Assembly: GCA_038884615.1 (NCBI GenBank)
Contig: JAWABL010000006.1
Coordinates: 1 to 60,605, forward strand
DNA from: Candidatus Woesearchaeota archaeon
GTDB taxonomy: Archaea > Nanobdellota > Nanobdellia > Woesearchaeales > DSVV01
DNA length: 60,605 bases
Reading direction: 5' to 3'
Shown: positions 1-9,047 of the stretch, in pieces
Layout: each line of letters opens with the position of its first letter
Position numbering within the stretch: the stretch's first letter is position 1
The notes under the pieces: generated by a model
Seen by the model: only the letters and a program-made list of their open reading frames with translations
What the model was told of the DNA's origin: nothing
The model's database searches: none
Translations under genes and position numbers: made by a program

Positions 1-329
1 TCCCTTATAAAAGAGATTACTTCAGTTATTTTCATAGGCTTCTGTTTTTTTGGGTTATAGCAAAAATCACAGTTCATATTGCAGTCAGAAGTTAGAGGGA
101 ACATAAAACTCTTATAGCTCTTTTTATTCTCTTTGTTTAGATTATATTTCGTTGTCATAAGCTTTTTGTAAAAGTCTGCGTTTTTTTCCAGCAATGAAAA
201 AAACACTCCATGAGAACTGCACCTCTTCTTAATATAAACTGCGTTGCTTTTCTCAACGACAACAGCATCAATCTCCTTAAAACATACAGGGCAGATGCTC
301 CGTGTTTCTTTTATTTTAGTGACCAGCAT
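1..329 (-). CDS. Radical SAM protein, Tes/MJ0619-like N-terminus (partial, runs off the left edge; not in the ORF track)
   Basis: Manual translation from ATG at 329: MLVTKIKETRSICPVCFKEIDAVVVEKSNAVYIKKRCSSHG...FPLTSDCNMNCDFC. It has CxxC..CxxH plus CxxxCxxC and is a paralog of 1825..3108. Confidence 0.85.
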   Translation of the reverse strand, partial: MLVTKIKETRSICPVCFKEIDAVVVEKSNAVYIKKRCSSHGVFFSLLEKNADFYKKLMTTKYNLNKENKKSYKSFMFPLTSDCNMNCDFCYNPKKQKPMKITEVISFIR

Positions 330-1825
330 TTTCTTAGATACTCTTCTTCATGTTTGCGACCATACACACTCTCAACTGCATTAAAAAATCGTTTTAATAA
401 GTAGGGGTTTTTTTGTAGCAGAGGCATTTTTGAAATAACAAGAAGAAACCATGAGGGTATTATCGGATAGTTGGCCATTTTAAACAAGCAACTCCAGTAT
501 ATCATGCAATCAGCATCTGCATGCAGCATATTAAGATGCCAGTTATAAAAAACCTTTTTCTTTGAGCTTTCAACATCGTCTTGTGAAATCAACCCGGCCT
601 TTAAAGCTGTTTCAGTAAGCTTGTATCTAGGGAAGTAAATAAGGGAGTAGAATATAAAATGTCGCGGCCTAATCTTCAAAATAAAGCTAAATCCTTCTCT
701 CCGGTCATTTTCATCTTCAAATGGATTATCAACAATGTAGTCGTATATAGGAAGAACATTCAATTGTTTTAGTATCTCTGATGCACGGAGAATCTCCTCA
801 TTTGTGGTGTTTCTATTAAAGAAGGCCTTCCTTATTTTTTCAGAGCCGCTCTCTATTCCCATCTTGGCAGCTTTAAGCCCTGCACTCTTCAACATCACCA
901 TAATCTCTCTATCAATAAGCTTTGGATGAGTCATGACAATAAAAGGTAGTCCGATCCTCTTTTGATAAGATTTACTAAAATGACTTATCCACTTCTTGTC
1001 GTATGTAAAAACATCATCGTGAAAAAAAACAGTATTAAGTCTGTGGCTTCTTTTTGCCAGAAGAAGCTCGTAAATTACATTATCCACTGAGCGCCGTCTT
1101 ACTTTTGTTCTTACTATATTATTTATGCAGTACGCGCATCTGAAGAAGCATCCTCTGTTACTCATAATACTATAACAGCCCATGACAAGCTTGTATGGAA
1201 GAGAGGACTTAACATCTTTATAAGAGCGAAAAATTAAATCATTTTGTATATAGAACTTATCAGCATCAGAGTAGTCAGGATAAGGAAGAGAATTAAGATC
1301 TGGCACTTGGTTTATAACATGGGCAATTTTTTTTCTTTTTCTAGAAAGTCTATATATAATACCGGGAACAACAACGCAAAATTCTCTGTTTGCTCTCTCC
1401 TGTTTTTGTGCCAGATTGTGCAGATGCTTACAGAGCTCGGCTATTGCGTATTCCCCTTCGCCTATGCATATCATATCAGCATAAGCCAACGATTCTTCAG
1501 GACAGATTGTAGGGTGTACACCACCCCAAAGTATTTTAGCATTTGAAGTGTATCTAATCTTCTCAGACAAGGTTTTTGCTATTTCAAAAAATGAAGATCT
1601 TACGCTCAAAGCTACTAGCTCAGGCTGAGTATCATTTATAATCTTTATAGCCAGTTCATACTCATTTTTAGACGGCAGTGATATATTGTTAATCATATGC
1701 TCCTTAAAGAAGAGTGAGGTAACCTCATTTCCATTCTTTTTCAGAACTGAATGCAGGAGTCTTATTGCCATACTGTCAACATCATATAGACTGATTAGAA
1801 TAACTTTTACCATTGGTATCGCCAT
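311..1825 (-). CDS. Cobalamin-binding radical SAM protein
   Basis: WGGVHPT...GEGE B12-domain signature; SNRGCFFRCAYC; FHDDVF; GIESGS. Confidence 0.92.
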   Translation of the reverse strand: MAIPMVKVILISLYDVDSMAIRLLHSVLKKNGNEVTSLFFKEHMINNISLPSKNEYELAIKIINDTQPELVALSVRSSFFEIAKTLSEKIRYTSNAKILWGGVHPTICPEESLAYADMICIGEGEYAIAELCKHLHNLAQKQERANREFCVVVPGIIYRLSRKRKKIAHVINQVPDLNSLPYPDYSDADKFYIQNDLIFRSYKDVKSSLPYKLVMGCYSIMSNRGCFFRCAYCINNIVRTKVRRRSVDNVIYELLLAKRSHRLNTVFFHDDVFTYDKKWISHFSKSYQKRIGLPFIVMTHPKLIDREIMVMLKSAGLKAAKMGIESGSEKIRKAFFNRNTTNEEILRASEILKQLNVLPIYDYIVDNPFEDENDRREGFSFILKIRPRHFIFYSLIYFPRYKLTETALKAGLISQDDVESSKKKVFYNWHLNMLHADADCMIYWSCLFKMANYPIIPSWFLLVISKMPLLQKNPYLLKRFFNAVESVYGRKHEEEYLRKCWSLK

Positions 1826-3108
1826 TAGTATGCTCTAGATTTATTATTAGATTTGTAATTTAATTCTCGTTTGTTTTTTTGTTTTTTTACAACTGCTTCA
1901 TTTCTAATCAACGAATAGCAAAATGGATGAATTGTTCCATCCTCACATAGGCCTGCACTCCTGCAGTATCCTAGCTCATCAAGGTCTATATCATACCGCA
2001 TAGGCCATCTGCGCAGTTTTATCTTATAAAGATTTACCTTGCAATCTCCATGAATTCTTTTCTTTATATAATAAAAAAAAGACCTTGCTCCGCCATTTGC
2101 AATAAGCCTGCGGCTAAATGCAATCTTTTCCTTTACTCCATTATCATAAGAAGGCTCGTTGAACTCTACAAAAAGAAGCTGTTTTGCGTCTTTCGTAGTT
2201 AGGTAATAAAGATAAAGGTCTAAGCAATCAAAAGGACGATGGGCTTCTTTTGTTTGTGCAAACTGGTGCAAAAGAAGCTTGGAGTCAAGACTAAGCATGT
2301 TACATATTAGATTGAACATCTCAGACAGAAAAAAAGGCTTTTTGCTTGTGTACCGACCTATTTTAACAGCCGCCCGTATCCGCCATTCTACAATAAAATC
2401 AGGGTTGTCTAGGTAATACGACCAGATTTTATTCAGCTCGTCTTCATTATCGCCTCGGACAAGCAGAGTTGAAAAAACAACAAAAATTCTATTTTTTTTC
2501 AAGTTTGAAAGCGCCCTTAGTAAAATGTCCGAAGAAATACTCTTCCTTTTATATGTTGTGTTATCCCTATAGTCACCACCTCTTAGAGAATTTATAGTAA
2601 AATTTACTGTTGTAAGCCCTGCGCGTTTTAATTTTTCTACTACCTGCTCGTCTGCCAATGCAACGCCATTTGTCAACAAAGAATGGGTTTTTCCCTGATT
2701 TTTTATGAACTTTAGTATCTCCGGTAGGTCTTTTCTTAGTGTCGGCTCGCCACCTGAAAGCCTTATGCACTCACCTTTAAACGATTTGATGATGTCAAAT
2801 ATCTCTTTAGTGTTCATGTCTTTCGTATGAAAAGGAAAAAAACAGGTGTTACAAGACATATTGCATTTATGAGTAAGAGGAATTGTTAGGCTTATCGGAC
2901 TTGAGAGCGCAGGCCATGTATATTTTCCCATGTATTTATGGAATTTTACTTTATAAAAATATGCGTCAGTTTCAATTATAGACTTTTGAGTTCCATGCTT
3001 GTCGCATCTTTTTTTCATATAGACTATGCCTTCCTGCTCATATATTTTCGCAGGCACTACTTCATAGCATTCATTGCATATACTCTCGGTTTTTTTCAGC
3101 AGATTCAT
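1825..3108 (-). CDS. Radical SAM protein, Tes/MJ0619 (HMPTM)-like family
   Basis: N-terminal TESICNEC...KRCDKHG; CNMSCNTC; SGGEPT; C-terminal DIDLDELGYC...DGTIHPFCY. Confidence 0.85.
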   Translation of the reverse strand: MNLLKKTESICNECYEVVPAKIYEQEGIVYMKKRCDKHGTQKSIIETDAYFYKVKFHKYMGKYTWPALSSPISLTIPLTHKCNMSCNTCFFPFHTKDMNTKEIFDIIKSFKGECIRLSGGEPTLRKDLPEILKFIKNQGKTHSLLTNGVALADEQVVEKLKRAGLTTVNFTINSLRGGDYRDNTTYKRKSISSDILLRALSNLKKNRIFVVFSTLLVRGDNEDELNKIWSYYLDNPDFIVEWRIRAAVKIGRYTSKKPFFLSEMFNLICNMLSLDSKLLLHQFAQTKEAHRPFDCLDLYLYYLTTKDAKQLLFVEFNEPSYDNGVKEKIAFSRRLIANGGARSFFYYIKKRIHGDCKVNLYKIKLRRWPMRYDIDLDELGYCRSAGLCEDGTIHPFCYSLIRNEAVVKKQKNKRELNYKSNNKSRAY

Positions 3109-3114
3109 TCTAAT

Positions 3115-4734
3115 TCATCTGGTTTTTGTTTTGCCTATAAGTGATGCTGTTCTGCTAAATGGCAAATAAATTCTGCTATATATAAATATGTAAGACCGTA
3201 TATACGCTGCCCTTAGCGGATAGGGAAAAGGTACAAAAATAAGGTTATAAGGGCAAACCCTAAGCCACAAATAAAAAATCTTCTGCGCAAAATTAGAGCC
3301 CCTTGAAGACTTAATTAATGGAAATAAAAAGCGCGGGACCTTCCCGTATCTTATGCTATTAAATTGTCCTTGAAGAAGCGACAAAACAAGGCAGTGCCCT
3401 GAACCGGTTTTAATCTTGAAATGTCCGATAGTGTCACCGTACTCAAGAGTAAAACTTTTTAGAGCGCATTCTTTAGTGTGCATATCTTCAAGTGCATTTT
3501 TGTAATAAGTACTACCTGGAAAATAGGTTAGGTTAAACACACGCAAAAAGAATGGTTTTGGCAAGGCCTCAATCAGCTTAAGAGTCTCCCCTATATCTTT
3601 GAGTGTTTCATTAGGATTTGTTCCAATGAGCTGGTATTCTGGAGGATACATTCTGGTTTTGAACTTGTTAAGAGTTCTTGCAGCCCTTAAAATTTCTCTA
3701 TTGGCCATCTTTCTGTTATAAAGAGAGCTACTTACCCTTCTACTGCCTGTTTGTATGCCAACCTCCACTCTGCAAAGTCCTGCAGAAACCAGCATAGAAA
3801 GTTTAGTTTTTTCTATGCTTTTCGGTCCAGCGTAGCACATGAAAGGAAGCGCCACATGTTTTTTATATTCGGCGATAAAAGCAGAAATTTCGTCCCTGCT
3901 CCTTACAAAAAAATCGTCGTCGGTAAACCAGACGAATGCAAGCGAAGGAATATTTTTTTTAAGCTGCCTTAACTGAGATATCACATGACCAAGGCTTCTT
4001 TTTCTTAATAAAGACGCATGGCTAGTTGTACCGCTTAATCTTATATGGTATATTTTTTTAAGGTCGTAGTTGCAGCAATATGTGCACGAAGAATGACAGC
4101 CGCGTATACAGTGTATTGTAACAAACGAACCTCTGACTTTATTGAAAAATTCATTTGAAAGATTGTGAAGCCCATATGTAAAATGCTTTTCTTGCATTGG
4201 CACAAAAGAGCCGTTTTCAAGAACCAAGTGTCCAGCAAGGCTATAGTCTTCAAATGGCAGAGAATCAAGATTCATTACTAAGGGCCTAATTTTACATACC
4301 CTGCTATGCCTTCCTCTGATGTTTTTTATTTTTCGGCCACCTGTTTTTCTAGTGTGGAGCGCATAAGCCAACTCGGCAAACGCAAACTCTCCCTCTCCCA
4401 CGCAGACATAGTCTGCATACATCAAGCACTCATCTGGGTTAAGGGTTGCATGAATTCCACCCCATATAATTACACCATCAAATTTCTTTTCGCGAATAGA
4501 TTTTATTATCTGTATAACCTTTTGACTGCTCAGCGCCATTGAAGAAAAACCAATCATGTCCATTCTGCAGATAAGAGCATATAATTTTTTAAGAACACTT
4601 CTTGGATATTTGTTGTTAAAATAGGGCATAAAAATAAGTGTTACACTATGGCCGTACTTTTTAAGCACCGAGGATAATAGCCTAAGGCCATTGCTAGAGA
4701 GGTCATATTCTGCTGAAATAAGCCCAATGTTGAT
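3115..4734 (-). CDS. Cobalamin-binding radical SAM protein (probably starts about 4734, upstream of the ORF-track GTG at 4668)
   Basis: WGGIHAT, GEGE, RGCHSSCTYC, GIQTGS. The upstream frame is open and reads INIGLISAEYDLSSNGLRLLSSVLKK, aligning with the N-terminus of 311..1825. Confidence 0.88.
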   Translation of the reverse strand: MNIGLISAEYDLSSNGLRLLSSVLKKYGHSVTLIFMPYFNNKYPRSVLKKLYALICRMDMIGFSSMALSSQKVIQIIKSIREKKFDGVIIWGGIHATLNPDECLMYADYVCVGEGEFAFAELAYALHTRKTGGRKIKNIRGRHSRVCKIRPLVMNLDSLPFEDYSLAGHLVLENGSFVPMQEKHFTYGLHNLSNEFFNKVRGSFVTIHCIRGCHSSCTYCCNYDLKKIYHIRLSGTTSHASLLRKRSLGHVISQLRQLKKNIPSLAFVWFTDDDFFVRSRDEISAFIAEYKKHVALPFMCYAGPKSIEKTKLSMLVSAGLCRVEVGIQTGSRRVSSSLYNRKMANREILRAARTLNKFKTRMYPPEYQLIGTNPNETLKDIGETLKLIEALPKPFFLRVFNLTYFPGSTYYKNALEDMHTKECALKSFTLEYGDTIGHFKIKTGSGHCLVLSLLQGQFNSIRYGKVPRFLFPLIKSSRGSNFAQKIFYLWLRVCPYNLIFVPFPYPLRAAYIRSYIFIYSRIYLPFSRTASLIGKTKTR

Positions 4735-4752
4735 TGTTACCCCCCCAAAACT

Positions 4753-6399
4753 TCAATTTTTCTTTCTTTTGCTAATTTCCGAATAATATCTGTATACCCT
4801 ATCGACATAACCCTTTAAATCGGAAAGCTCCCTTGACTGAAATGACTGCCACTTACGCCCACCCTCTAAAAAAGCTTTACGGCTTTTCCAATGCATATAG
4901 ACATCATAAAAGAAAGCATAGCAGAAGTTCTGCCTCCACTCAATAGCTGAAAGAACCGAAGGAACAAGATAGACACGTTTTCTATAAAAAGAGTGAGGGT
5001 GCCACATCAGCTTTAGGACAAAAGCAGCTTTGCTGGGTTTGTAGGTATATATGCAATAGAGGCTCAGCCTTATCTTATCAAAAAATGGCTTAAACCCACG
5101 CTGCTCTTTAGGGTTGAATCTGCTTCGTCCATATTTCTTTGTAAATTTAACTACCCTCCTGAAAAAACCATCATAGCTGTACAGATTTTGATAAAGGCGC
5201 ATTATATTAAGAATCATATCAAGTGTGTTAAGGCTTTTTGAGTCCCATTGCGCAAAGGCGTACAAAGAGTTTTTATAGTATTGCGTATTGATTCTCCCTT
5301 CCTTTTTTAGTCTTTTGTAGTGAGGCGTTCCGTAATACGCTGCGGCAACAAATATGTCTGTAAATAGTATGCTATGTGTTGTGAGAAATTCTTCGACCCT
5401 TCCAAATGCATTAAGGTAATCATGATCAAAACCCATTATAAATAAAGGTTTGGCCATTATTCCATGCTTATGAAAATTGACTATTACCTTTCCATACTTA
5501 TTTATTTCATTTAGTCTGTGCTTGCCGATTAATTCAAGATTTTTCCTGTTTAGCGTTTCAAATCCTATAGAAACTTCCTGGCATCCGCTCTTTGACATGA
5601 TATCAAGAAGCTCGTCGTCCTCTGCAATATAGGCATTGCCAAAACAAACATAATTTATTTTTTCAGGGATTAGAGCGGCAAGAAGTTTTTTTGCATAATC
5701 CACATCAAAGAAAAGATTGTAGTCAACTATCCAAAAAAAATTGTACCATTTTTTAAGATATTTTATCTGGGACACAAAATCCTCAACATGCATTTTTCTG
5801 ATCTTATTTCCAAAATGCATGCTACTTACACAGAACTCGCAACCATGCGGACATCCACGCGTTGCAATTACTGTCGCAAGCATATACCTGTCATTTTTTA
5901 AAAGGTCCCATCTGGGCATTGGAAGGTTTTCTAGTCTAATCCTTTCTCCTCTGTAAACTTTTTTAAGTTTCCCTGAACAAAAGTCTTGAAAAAGCCTTGG
6001 CCATACCCCTTCCGCCTCGCCTATGACTATTGAATCTGCATGCTTCTTTGACTCATTCGGCATTAATGTAACATGCAAACCACCCAGCACAACAGGCACG
6101 CCAAACGACCTAAACATATCAGCTATCTTAAACCCACGAACTGCTGTGATTGAAGTTATTGTAATACCAACAAGGTCAGGTTTTAATGAGAGGTCTATAT
6201 CCTCTATGTTTTCGTCTATTATATACACCTTATTTTCTTTTGGCGTAAGAGACGCGATGATTGCAAGAGAGAGTGGCGGAACGATAAATTTTGATTTTCC
6301 TATAAGCGGGTTATAAAAATACCTATCAAGAAGGTGCGTATTTCTTTCAACCTTAGGCCTAACCAACAATATCTTCATTCTGCTTTTTGAATTAACCAT
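4753..6399 (-). CDS. Cobalamin-binding radical SAM protein
   Basis: PPLSLAIIASLTP, GGLHVT, GEAE, TRGCPHGCEFC, GFET, GFDHD. Confidence 0.92.
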   Translation of the reverse strand: MVNSKSRMKILLVRPKVERNTHLLDRYFYNPLIGKSKFIVPPLSLAIIASLTPKENKVYIIDENIEDIDLSLKPDLVGITITSITAVRGFKIADMFRSFGVPVVLGGLHVTLMPNESKKHADSIVIGEAEGVWPRLFQDFCSGKLKKVYRGERIRLENLPMPRWDLLKNDRYMLATVIATRGCPHGCEFCVSSMHFGNKIRKMHVEDFVSQIKYLKKWYNFFWIVDYNLFFDVDYAKKLLAALIPEKINYVCFGNAYIAEDDELLDIMSKSGCQEVSIGFETLNRKNLELIGKHRLNEINKYGKVIVNFHKHGIMAKPLFIMGFDHDYLNAFGRVEEFLTTHSILFTDIFVAAAYYGTPHYKRLKKEGRINTQYYKNSLYAFAQWDSKSLNTLDMILNIMRLYQNLYSYDGFFRRVVKFTKKYGRSRFNPKEQRGFKPFFDKIRLSLYCIYTYKPSKAAFVLKLMWHPHSFYRKRVYLVPSVLSAIEWRQNFCYAFFYDVYMHWKSRKAFLEGGRKWQSFQSRELSDLKGYVDRVYRYYSEISKRKKN

Positions 6400-6400
6400 C

Positions 6401-7555
6401 TTAATTATGTCTTTTAACTATTGGAAAAAGCTTATGTGGCGCAAAAATCATATTTAATGGAATAATGCATTCCCATGTGCACATACACTGCTTCTTTGAA
6501 ATATCACGAATAATTTTTTTTGCCCTTTCTTTTTCAAGCAGTTTTTTCAGCGAGTAGTCTGCTGCACGAAGATTCCCAAGCCTTTTAACCTTATTGAATA
6601 GTTCGCACGGATACACATCTCCGTTGTCCATTATGACCGCAACCTTCCTCCCCGCTTGACAAGGTAGCAATGGTTTTTTGTTTATATGATTATCTTTGTA
6701 ATGATTGTCTTTACAATTATTTTCTTTGCACTTGCTACCCCCACCTCGTTTGTCATTTGAAATAGTAAAAAGGGTCTCTTCTACGATTCTTGCTTTGTAA
6801 TGTTCCATACCAAAAAGTTTGCCAAAAAAACCACAAGACGGGAGTGCGGATTTTATACCTTTAAGCTCACGACGAAGCACTGCGTACTCATCTGCAGTTA
6901 TAGATAAACCTCTTCTGCGCACATCACCCCTCAACATCGCATAGCCAAAAGGTATGCTAAGCTCATTTACCGCATATTTATAAGTCTCTTTTATGGAATC
7001 ATAATTCAGTTTTGTCACGCAGGCAACGCCCAAAATGCCAAGATTATTATGAGTTCTCTGCAGTTTTTTTAGCGACGCAATAGTTAGCAAAACTTTTTTG
7101 AATAATCCATGGAAATTCCTTATTTTATCATGCCTTCTTCCTTTTGCATCAATAGATACGCAAATATTACAGAAAAGACCAGGACAACTCTCAAGAATTT
7201 TTTTTGTTACGCTGACAACTTTTTTAGGCATCGAGCAGTTTGTATGTATAGCAACGCTTTTTGTTCCGGCATTTCTATAAAAAAGTTCAGTTATCTCAGC
7301 TAAATCCTCCCTAAGGAAAGGCTCACCTCCCGTGATGGTAAGATACTTAACATGACCCATATTTTTAGTCATCATATCTATCTCTTCCAAAGTGAGTTCT
7401 TTTCTTCCTTTTTTATTAAGGTTTTTCCAGTTGAAGCAGAAATCGCATCTAAGGTTGCATCTTGATGTAGGAGAGAACACAATATAAAGCGGCGTTTTTT
7501 TGAAATAGTACCTAATGTCAGAGAGGTTTATCCCAAGGTATTGTATGCGGGTCAT
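6401..7555 (-). CDS. Radical SAM protein with SPASM/twitch C-terminal domain
   Basis: CNLRCDFC, TGGEPFLR, CQAG...GDVYPCE...GNLR...CMCTWEC. Confidence 0.9.
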   Translation of the reverse strand: MTRIQYLGINLSDIRYYFKKTPLYIVFSPTSRCNLRCDFCFNWKNLNKKGRKELTLEEIDMMTKNMGHVKYLTITGGEPFLREDLAEITELFYRNAGTKSVAIHTNCSMPKKVVSVTKKILESCPGLFCNICVSIDAKGRRHDKIRNFHGLFKKVLLTIASLKKLQRTHNNLGILGVACVTKLNYDSIKETYKYAVNELSIPFGYAMLRGDVRRRGLSITADEYAVLRRELKGIKSALPSCGFFGKLFGMEHYKARIVEETLFTISNDKRGGGSKCKENNCKDNHYKDNHINKKPLLPCQAGRKVAVIMDNGDVYPCELFNKVKRLGNLRAADYSLKKLLEKERAKKIIRDISKKQCMCTWECIIPLNMIFAPHKLFPIVKRHN

Positions 7556-9000
7556 GGCTTAAAACCTTGAAGCATTTTTCTTACATAGTAATAAACCAGC
7601 CATTTTACCGGCGGCTTTGCGGGCTTTTTGATTTTGAGAAAAATTTCTTGCATTTTACCTGGATTTTCAAGTGAGGTATACGGATTATATTTCAAAGAAT
7701 AAGGAAGAAAGAAATTATAAAGCTTTAATAAATAGAAGTTTTCAATTGAGAATGAATATTTAGCAGAGCCACTATTAAGATTGCCTTTACGCACAAACCA
7801 TCCTAGCATGAACTCGGACATTTTTTTGTAAACCTCAGCATCATCAAGCGAGGTTTGGTTGTTATAGAGCTTAACATTACTAATGAACTGCTTAGTTTTT
7901 GGATGCAAATTTGCAAGTTTTTCACGCTCATCTGTCCCTGAAAGGACGCTAAAAAATTTTTGATGATGCTCTTTGTAGACGCTTATATTTGTAGGTTTGA
8001 GTTGCTGGAAACCAATTATTTTTTCAATGAACCTATCAAAGTCCACATCACCCCAATTGTATGGATTTGCGCTGTCCAGCTGGAGAAGCCCCTTTCTAAA
8101 GTTTATATCAACAAGATTCTGAGAAGGCAAAATTTCAGGGGCCGCACCATAAAATGCGGCAACAACAGGAACACCGCTCCACCCTGCTTCAATTATCACT
8201 CTTCCAAGCGACTCGTTCAGTGAGGTTGACGGAAATAAAAGCACATCCATTCGCTTATAGACCTCCCAGATGCTAGTATAAGGGGTAAAGTGCCCCCCAT
8301 TAAAATGAAGAAAGCTTGATAGTGGAATGTCGTTTTTTCTGAGTTTGGCGTATATCTTTTTTTTGTAGTGGGGAAATGCATAGCCTGCAGCAAGAAGCCT
8401 TATAGAACTATCCATTTTATACAGATTTATAAATGCATCAAGCACAATATCAAAACCCTTTTCAGGATTAATCCTGCCTACCCAACCAAGCGTCCTAAGA
8501 CGCGTCTTCTTCTTCACAATATGCCTCTTTTCTGGGAAAAAATGCATGAACGGCGCACATACTGTGGTATTTTCTTTGTTCAATTGCGGAAACAACTTTA
8601 TATACAACTGACGAGCAAACTCAGATAGAAACATGACCTTGTCGCCATCACGAAGGTACTTTGTACACATAAGCTCCTGAAAAAGATAACCTGGCCAAAA
8701 GCCGGTCTGAACATCTCTTATAATCCTAAATTTAAAACCGTGCTTTTCTCTTAAGTAATGATATATAAATGCGTAAGGCCCTGTATTTGCAAGAACAGCA
8801 TCCTCACTTTTTAGTTTTGACAGAATGGCTGGCTTTTTTATTACATCTGCTATGTTATGCGATTCGCAGCTATACGCAAAAACACTTGCATTTCTTTTTG
8901 AGCTAACTAACCTCGAATTCTCAATATAGTAGTAATTGGCACCATCTATAAAGAACTCATTGCTTAAACGATAGTTATGATATGCTATAATCATGGCCAA
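7552..9000 (-). CDS. Glycosyltransferase, GT4/GT-B fold
   Basis: GRINPEKG, FPSTSLNESLGRVIIEA..SGVPVV. Confidence 0.88.
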   Translation of the reverse strand: MAMIIAYHNYRLSNEFFIDGANYYYIENSRLVSSKRNASVFAYSCESHNIADVIKKPAILSKLKSEDAVLANTGPYAFIYHYLREKHGFKFRIIRDVQTGFWPGYLFQELMCTKYLRDGDKVMFLSEFARQLYIKLFPQLNKENTTVCAPFMHFFPEKRHIVKKKTRLRTLGWVGRINPEKGFDIVLDAFINLYKMDSSIRLLAAGYAFPHYKKKIYAKLRKNDIPLSSFLHFNGGHFTPYTSIWEVYKRMDVLLFPSTSLNESLGRVIIEAGWSGVPVVAAFYGAAPEILPSQNLVDINFRKGLLQLDSANPYNWGDVDFDRFIEKIIGFQQLKPTNISVYKEHHQKFFSVLSGTDEREKLANLHPKTKQFISNVKLYNNQTSLDDAEVYKKMSEFMLGWFVRKGNLNSGSAKYSFSIENFYLLKLYNFFLPYSLKYNPYTSLENPGKMQEIFLKIKKPAKPPVKWLVYYYVRKMLQGFKP

Positions 9001-9047
9001 AAAATTTCATAAATATTTAAATAATTTTTCGAAATTTCATCGTCCTT

